Shown here: one piece after another, positions 58,625 to 64,000 of the stretch
Layout of the letters: each line of letters starts with the position of its first letter
How positions within the stretch are numbered: position 1 is the first letter of the stretch
Origin: Oligoflexia bacterium
GTDB taxonomy: Bacteria; Bdellovibrionota; UBA1018
Reading direction: 5' to 3'
DNA: 64,000 nt
Assembly: GCA_963758495.1 (NCBI GenBank)
Contig: CAVWVI010000003.1
Location: 1,344,001-1,408,000, forward strand
The notes under the pieces: generated by a model
What the model saw: only the letters and a program-made list of their open reading frames with translations
Told to the model about the DNA's origin: nothing
The model's database searches: none
Made by a program: the position numbers and the translations under genes

Positions 58625-59281
58625 ATGATAAATGCCACTCAAACAGTTTCATTCAAAAAAATATTTTCTCAATCAATCTGTCTACCGAGAATTCAAACTG
58701 ATCACCTCGATTTAGAGGAACTAACGGACGAAGAAGCTAGCTGTTTCTTTAGACGTGAGAATATAAATACGCTTACTAAATCAGTGATGTGGGAAACTCA
58801 CGTAAATACCCAAGAATCATTGAATTATATTCAAGAGCTTCGAAAAGTGGATCCACTCGAAAAGGATCAACTTTTTCTTTGCTGGGGAGTAAAAGAGAAG
58901 GGAAGTTCTTCTCTGATTGGATCTGTAAATTTAACTCAAATTGGGCCTATTTGTGCTCAAATTGGCTTTGTTTTTCATCATGACTGGTGGACCCGAAGCC
59001 TGCCAGTTGAAGCATTGCGAGCAATCCTTAATTGGAGCTTTTCAGAGTATCCTTCATTTGAACGAGTTCAAGCAACATGTTTGCCTAGTAGCGTCGATTC
59101 AACATCCCTACTCGAACGAACGGGCATGACCTGTGAAGGGACAAATCGAGCCATGATGAAGATTCAAGACAAAATCGTTGACTTCAACTGTTACGCTATG
59201 ACTCGGAAACAATGGCAAAATATGACTTCCTCTTCAGGAGCATGGACTCTATTTCAACACCAAATGGAAGGGCATATTTAG
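58625..59281 (+). CDS. GNAT N-acetyltransferase, RimJ/RimL family
   Basis: IQTDHLDL, LIGSVNL, AQIGF, RVQA, S..LLERTGM..EG; AGGAG RBS. Confidence 0.85.
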   Translation: MINATQTVSFKKIFSQSICLPRIQTDHLDLEELTDEEASCFFRRENINTLTKSVMWETHVNTQESLNYIQELRKVDPLEKDQLFLCWGVKEKGSSSLIGSVNLTQIGPICAQIGFVFHHDWWTRSLPVEALRAILNWSFSEYPSFERVQATCLPSSVDSTSLLERTGMTCEGTNRAMMKIQDKIVDFNCYAMTRKQWQNMTSSSGAWTLFQHQMEGHI

Positions 59282-59415
59282 AAAACCCGCACACTCATTG
59301 AGCTGCCGAATGAATGAAGCTCGCAGGCTACCTTATAGGAAGGTAGCTTCGTTATGTCAGAATTTTTGAAGGCAACAACCCCCACCACCTTACTTAATAA
59401 GAGAATCCGTTTTTT

Positions 59416-59644
59416 AACTTGAGGTCACAGTCCGTGATCTCAAGTTTTCTTTTGGTTTCAATAAGTTATTATACTTTCCCAATCTTGAGGTCACAGATTG
59501 TGACCTCAAGATTACCCTTAACTTTAATTACTTAGTACGCTTCTCAAACTTGAGATCACAATCTGTGATCTCAAGTTTGCCTTTAATTTTAATTAGTTAG
59601 TTCGTTTTTTCAAACTTGAGATCACAGATTGTGATCTCAAGTTT
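59416..59644. repeat. Array of four 27-bp palindromes CTTGAG(G/A)TCACA-nnn-(T/C)GTGA(C/T)CTCAAG, period 65-66 bp
   Basis: Cores start at 59418, 59484, 59549, 59615; AT-rich 38-39-bp linkers resemble each other. Confidence 0.95.
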
Positions 59645-59652
59645 TGCCAAAC

Positions 59653-60585
59653 CTAAAGTGCGAAGAGTAACTTCTGGATTATTTCCACAGTTTCGCAGAC
59701 TGAATTATCCCTCTCAATCGCAGTAGCAATCTTATTATAGGCGTGCATGACAGTGCTATGATCCTTCCCTCCAAAGGACTTTCCAATTTCCTTAAAGCCA
59801 ATACCAGTGTGTTTTCGAACAAGATAGATAGCAATCTGTCGCGGAAGTACAACCTCTCGCACGCGAGAGGGCGCTTTTAAGTCTTGGACTCGCAATCCAA
59901 AATATTTGGCTACAGTCTGATGAATTGAATTGATTTTAGAGTGAACTTTTTTCCCATGAATAAGGTCACCCATTTCTTTTGCTTTAAGTTTATCATTTGA
60001 ACCAAATGCATCTTGTTCTTGAGGATGACTAAACCTGTCATCAACATCAACAGTCGTTGGTTTGTGCAGAACCGATAATGCAGGTGCATTATTAGACGAT
60101 TTCTCCATTAAGAGTTGTTGGATTCCACTCAGTATCATTTTGAATTGACCATCCTGCTTTTGCTCAAGTTGCTCCAATCTGGTCTCAATTTCATCTAATT
60201 TCTCTCTTGATTCGATACCTATACCAGACAGTTGTCGAACTTCTGCAAAAGAGCGCATGATCGCAATATTCACCTGAACTGCTCGACCATTATCAAGAAC
60301 GCTCGAAAGCATTGCAACTCCATGCTCAGTGAATGCATAAGGAACAAAGCGGCGTCCTCCATGCTTTAAACTAGATGACACAATATGTATTTCTAGATCT
60401 TTGCTTTCCTCTAGGGTCAACTTAAACATGAAATCAGGAGGAAATCGGTCGCGGTTTCGTTGAACTGCTTGGTTCAGTACCCTAGTCTGAGTTTGGTAAA
60501 ACTCAGCTAGATCATTATCTAAAACCACTTTATGTCCTCGAACCGCATAAATTCGCCGTTTAATTTCACTAACGGATAACTCCAT
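59653..60585 (-). CDS. ORF6N-domain protein fused to DnaA domain IV (Bac_DnaA_C)
   Basis: N-term RGHKVVLDNDLAEFY..T..LNQAVQRN..RFP.DFMF.L, GGRR..PYAFTEHGVAMLSSVL; C-term V.PRQIAIYL.R..T..F.EIG..FGGKDHSTVMHA; ATG 60585 after GAGGG. Confidence 0.9.
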   Translation of the reverse strand: MELSVSEIKRRIYAVRGHKVVLDNDLAEFYQTQTRVLNQAVQRNRDRFPPDFMFKLTLEESKDLEIHIVSSSLKHGGRRFVPYAFTEHGVAMLSSVLDNGRAVQVNIAIMRSFAEVRQLSGIGIESREKLDEIETRLEQLEQKQDGQFKMILSGIQQLLMEKSSNNAPALSVLHKPTTVDVDDRFSHPQEQDAFGSNDKLKAKEMGDLIHGKKVHSKINSIHQTVAKYFGLRVQDLKAPSRVREVVLPRQIAIYLVRKHTGIGFKEIGKSFGGKDHSTVMHAYNKIATAIERDNSVCETVEIIQKLLFAL

Positions 60586-60705
60586 TTTTAATCCCTCAAA
60601 GCGCAATGAAATGCCACATCGACTTGCAGTAGTCTAGTTATTTCAAACCACATTTATTTTGCCATCAAAATCACTTAAGAGAATACTTGTAGTTCCAGAT
60701 AGTCC

Positions 60706-60811
60706 ATTTTTGCGGTCACATTTTGTGACCACAAAAATACAATAATCCATTTATCAGCCTAAAATTAATGAAAATATCAACATTTTGTGGTCACAAAATG
60801 CGACCGCAAAA
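60706..60811. promoter_or_regulatory. Two further palindromes of the same family upstream of the ORF6N gene, inverted relative to each other
   Basis: tttgcggtcacattttgtgaccacaaa (60709-60735) and tttgtggtcacaaaatgcgaccgcaaa (60784-60810). Confidence 0.85.
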
Positions 60812-60977
60812 ACTAAGTGAAAAAATTCTTAACTTAAATTAACTCAAAATTACTCGACATAGACTAGCACTTGATAGAATGCTTCAAATCGGTGTAGTGC
60901 TTATAATTTAAATACAACCGTATCGTCGAATCACTCAAATAAAATGATTAAATTTTTGAGAATAGAAGGCAGATAAA

Positions 60978-61886
60978 ATGCATCAAAAAGCAAAGCCATC
61001 TCCTTGGCATTCACTCTCTCTTTCTATTGTTGCGCACCTTCTCGTTTTATTGATCGCTATGTTTCTAATCCGGATTCCACCTCCTCAAGATAAATATATT
61101 CCATCCATTCAAGTTGAACTGATAGAAAATAAGTCTCACGAAAAATCATCATCAAACGGAAAAAAAGACCACCCTTTAACAAATCAAAGCTCAACTACAG
61201 CTCACACTCAACAGAATGGACACAAAAAACATGTTTCAATCAAAGACCTTGGCATTCATATTCATGGTTTGAAAAAAGAAAAGAACGAAGGAGAGGGTAA
61301 TCCAAGCGATCTATTAGATGGAACTGGTTTTCAAGCCGGTAATAGCTACAAATCCGCAACTGATAAAAACGTCACTCTCTACCATTACATTTATCAAGCC
61401 ATTGATAATAATCTCACTTACCCCTCAGAGTTCATCGACGCGAAGTTTCAAGGAACAGTGGTCACTCAGATCTATTTTGATCAAACCGGGGCGTATCTGC
61501 GCTCCAACTCCAAGTTCCAGTCTCCGCATCCTTACCTTAAAATTCATGTGATTAGAACTCTTCGAAAGGGGCTCGTTAACGCCGTCCCTGAAGCGATTAA
61601 TAAAATCCGAAAACCTTTTTTTCTAAACTGCTCTTTCCGCTTTTATTTCACTGAGAACGGTAACCAGGATCTGGTCAAATCTCAGAAATTTATCGTTGGA
61701 AATCAGCTATTTTTCTATCGATCCGTCCATAAATCAGCACTAGAGTGGGATCTGGGCCCCCTTCATGGGGTAGGGCCACTCGCAAATTTAAATCTTCTTT
61801 GGTTTTTCGAAAAGGGCCACGACCTTCTGTCAAAAAAAGTTAAATTCAGTCCACTCGAAAAGTATCAGGATGATCCCGAATGGTAA
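60978..61886 (+). CDS. TonB-family energy transducer-like protein
   Basis: N-terminal TM with S-x3-H (SIVAHLL), linker, TonB_C-like YP....KFQGTVVTQIYFDQTG. Confidence 0.7.
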   Translation: MHQKAKPSPWHSLSLSIVAHLLVLLIAMFLIRIPPPQDKYIPSIQVELIENKSHEKSSSNGKKDHPLTNQSSTTAHTQQNGHKKHVSIKDLGIHIHGLKKEKNEGEGNPSDLLDGTGFQAGNSYKSATDKNVTLYHYIYQAIDNNLTYPSEFIDAKFQGTVVTQIYFDQTGAYLRSNSKFQSPHPYLKIHVIRTLRKGLVNAVPEAINKIRKPFFLNCSFRFYFTENGNQDLVKSQKFIVGNQLFFYRSVHKSALEWDLGPLHGVGPLANLNLLWFFEKGHDLLSKKVKFSPLEKYQDDPEW

Positions 61887-61983
61887 GTAGTTCCTTTAGG
61901 GCTGTTGACAAGCACTGCAAGGAGTCCTATTGCGCCGTAAAGATTTGGATTCCCGGCGCAACAGGACTCCTTGCAGTGCTTAC
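61886..61983. mobile_element. Putative MITE/REP-like hairpin element flanked by 11-bp direct repeats
   Basis: 28-bp arms (61910-61937, 61954-61981, one mismatch); cccgaatggta at 61875-61885 and 61984-61994; homologous to 14222-14274. Confidence 0.6.
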
Positions 61984-62029
61984 CCCGAATGGTAGCTTTC
62001 TCAAAAGACTTGAGACTTGGCTTCAACAG

Positions 62030-62434
62030 TCAATCGACGAATAATCGAATCCCCAAAGTGTCGCAAAGAATTCTCATATCACCATCCCTCGACCATAATT
62101 CAGCATTCAGTTTTTTAGCAGTGAGTGCGATTAGAGCATCATTTTGAAGTGACGCAAGATTCGGCCCTTTATGTGTATTCCAAAAAAGCTTACGAATCAA
62201 ATCTGCTGCACTAGACCAATCTTCCTCATCAGGAGGAGCGGCCACAGGGGCTATACTTTTGTTTAAACTCAACTCCCAAGGTGAACCGGGACGCACTCCT
62301 CTACGAAGTTCATGCAGTGTAACAGGTGAAATAATGGGGGCTCGACCTGAAAGAAGAGCATTCCATGTCTTATCATCGATAGCGCCTCTTAAACGACGAA
62401 TGATGATATTCGTATCAATCAAGAGAAAGCTCAT
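62030..62434 (-). CDS. PIN-domain toxin (VapC-like)
   Basis: LIDTNIII, S.VTLHEL..G, NDALIA.TA, LWSRD.D. Confidence 0.88.
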   Translation of the reverse strand: MSFLLIDTNIIIRRLRGAIDDKTWNALLSGRAPIISPVTLHELRRGVRPGSPWELSLNKSIAPVAAPPDEEDWSSAADLIRKLFWNTHKGPNLASLQNDALIALTAKKLNAELWSRDGDMRILCDTLGIRLFVD

Positions 62435-62697
62435 CGAAGGCTTTCTAGGTCAAAATCATTCAAATCAAAGTTTTCTTGTATAGCAGTCATCCACTTATCA
62501 AATTCAGATCGCGCTAATTTCTCTCTCACAAGATCATTTATAATTTCAGACTCTGTCATGCTTGAAGGATAAAGCTCTTTAAGTTCCCGAACTTTCGATC
62601 GTGGAATACGCCCCGAAAATACTTTGGTCTTTGTTTCAGTGGCTGACCTTAATGATTTTCGACCCGCTGGCTTAGTTCGAGCCAATAGTTTTTTCAT
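62431..62697 (-). CDS. Putative antitoxin (RHH-like) of the PIN toxin
   Basis: 88 aa, ATGA overlap with toxin, SEIINDLVRE helix, acidic C-terminus. Confidence 0.7.
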   Translation of the reverse strand: MKKLLARTKPAGRKSLRSATETKTKVFSGRIPRSKVRELKELYPSSMTESEIINDLVREKLARSEFDKWMTAIQENFDLNDFDLESLR

Positions 62698-62735
62698 GTC
62701 TACAATATTACAATACTTGTAGACAAATAATCAAG
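62697..62735 (-). promoter_or_regulatory. TA operon promoter/operator
   Basis: Inverted repeat tgtctacaa-N11-ttgtagaca (62697-62725) overlapping TTGATT-N18-TAATAT on the minus strand. Confidence 0.6.
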
Positions 62736-62778
62736 ACCCTTTATATTGATCTAGAAGTCGCCGATTGAGACGACCACC

Positions 62779-64000
62779 TTATTCATAAGACTCAACAGGA
62801 GGACACCCACAAATTAAATTGCGATCCCCCAAGACATTATTAATTCGTCCGACTGAGGGCCAAAATTTATTATCACGAACGGAAGGCATTGGAAAAACCG
62901 CTCTCTCTCTCGAATAAGGAAAAGTCCATTCGGTTTTCACTGCCACTTCCATAGTATGAGGAGCATTTTTTAATAAATTATTCTGTCTATCCGCTTTACC
63001 TTTTTCGATTTCAGCAATCTCTTCACGAATCGAAATCATAGCGTCACAGAATCGGTCCAACTCTGCTTTAGATTCGCTTTCCGTAGGCTCAACCATCAAT
63101 GTACCTGCCACTGGAAATGAGATGGTCGGTGCGTGAAAACCATAATCCATCAACCGTTTCGCCACATCCTCGACTTCTACCCCAGAAGTATTTTTTAGAT
63201 TTCTTAAATCGAAAATACATTCATGAGCAACATATCCATTCTTCCCTTGATAAAGCACCGGATAATATTCGCTTAAACGTTTCGCTATATAATTAGCATT
63301 GAGAATTGCAACCTGAGTGGCTAGTGTGAGACCAGCGGCTCCCATCATTGAAATATACATCCAAGAGATAGGAAGAATACTGGCGCTTCCCCATGGAGCA
63401 GCAGAAACAGGGCCAATTCGCGTTTGATTCTCACCAAAAACAACTGGATGGCCAGGTAGAAATGATGCCAAGTGAGCTGCAACTCCAATAGGACCCATTC
63501 CAGGTCCTCCACCCCCGTGAGGGATACAAAATGTTTTATGCAAATTGAGATGACAGACATCGGGTCCAAATTCGCCAGGTCGACAGAGGCCAATTTGGGC
63601 ATTCATATTGGCGCCATCCATGTAAACTTGTCCGCCATTTTCATGAATGATAGAACAAATATCGCGAATGCCTTCTTCAAACACCCCGTGAGTAGAAGGA
63701 TAAGTGACCATAAGAGCAGCAAGCTGATTGCGATGCTCATGTGCTTTCACTCTTAAGTCTTCCAAATTCACATTTCCGCTCTCGTCACATTCCACTACAA
63801 TGACTTTTAACCCCGCCATCACCGCACTTGCCGGATTCGTACCATGTGCAGATTTTGGAATCAGACAAATATTTCGATGCTGCTCCCCACGTGAAGCATG
63901 ATATTTTCGGATGACCAGTAAACCTGCATATTCACCCTGCGATCCCGCATTAGGCTGCAAGGAAACTGCAGAAAATCCGGTAATTTCTTTTAACATATCT
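62779..64000 (-). CDS. gcvP: Glycine dehydrogenase P protein, C-terminal part (5' end outside window)
   Basis: [62 protein letters not shown]. Confidence 0.97.
   Translation of the reverse strand, partial: DMLKEITGFSAVSLQPNAGSQGEYAGLLVIRKYHASRGEQHRNICLIPKSAHGTNPASAVMAGLKVIVVECDESGNVNLEDLRVKAHEHRNQLAALMVTYPSTHGVFEEGIRDICSIIHENGGQVYMDGANMNAQIGLCRPGEFGPDVCHLNLHKTFCIPHGGGGPGMGPIGVAAHLASFLPGHPVVFGENQTRIGPVSAAPWGSASILPISWMYISMMGAAGLTLATQVAILNANYIAKRLSEYYPVLYQGKNGYVAHECIFDLRNLKNTSGVEVEDVAKRLMDYGFHAPTISFPVAGTLMVEPTESESKAELDRFCDAMISIREEIAEIEKGKADRQNNLLKNAPHTMEVAVKTEWTFPYSRERAVFPMPSVRDNKFWPSVGRINNVLGDRNLICGCPPVESYE

Noticed and set aside
59416..59644. CRISPR array
   Set aside because: The period is CRISPR-like, but the spacers resemble each other, the repeats are long near-perfect palindromes that vary between copies, related sites occur singly upstream, and there are no cas genes in the window
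59653..60606. dnaA gene or oriC
   Set aside because: Only domain IV is present, with no AAA+ domain, no dnaN/gyrB context and no perfect TTATCCACA boxes seen nearby
59418..60810. CRP/FNR binding sites
   Set aside because: Half-sites are TCACA-N3-TGTGA, the opposite order and wrong spacing for TGTGA-N6-TCACA
1..64000. tRNA/rRNA genes, prophage or intact IS element
   Set aside because: No cloverleaf or rRNA signatures and no integrase, transposase or phage structural genes recognised by eye

Overview
AT-rich bacterial chromosomal window, most consistent with a Bdellovibrionota/Oligoflexia-type organism (inference from gene content and flagellar gene order). Housekeeping blocks: peptidoglycan recycling (anmK, murU, amgK), citrate synthase, lysine biosynthesis (lysA-dapA-dapB-dapL), etfBA plus an Fe-S oxidoreductase, an arginine succinyltransferase-type cluster, bamD, a flagellar operon (flgF-G-A-H-I-J-M-N-K-L-csrA-fliW), folD, gcvT/gcvH/gcvP, lemA and a PIN-type toxin-antitoxin pair. 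Most unusual signals: (1) an ORF6N-DnaA domain IV fusion gene flanked by six copies of a 27-bp palindrome, four in a 65-66-bp-period array; the palindrome reads as the LRSQ(F/I)V(T/I)S segment usually encoded inside ORF6N genes; (2) a MoxR AAA+ gene joined to a VWA frame by an A_AAA_AAG -1 slippery site; (3) two divergent secreted eukaryote-like kinases, one with an SH2-like tail, each with a sigma28-like promoter; (4) a ~2.2-kb inverted duplication of a secreted HEAT-repeat gene around a LysM gene; (5) a small hairpin element family with compensatory changes. fliW and a c-type cytochrome gene carry 1-bp frame breaks, so sequencing error cannot be excluded for any frameshift here. No rRNA, tRNA or true CRISPR array was recognised.
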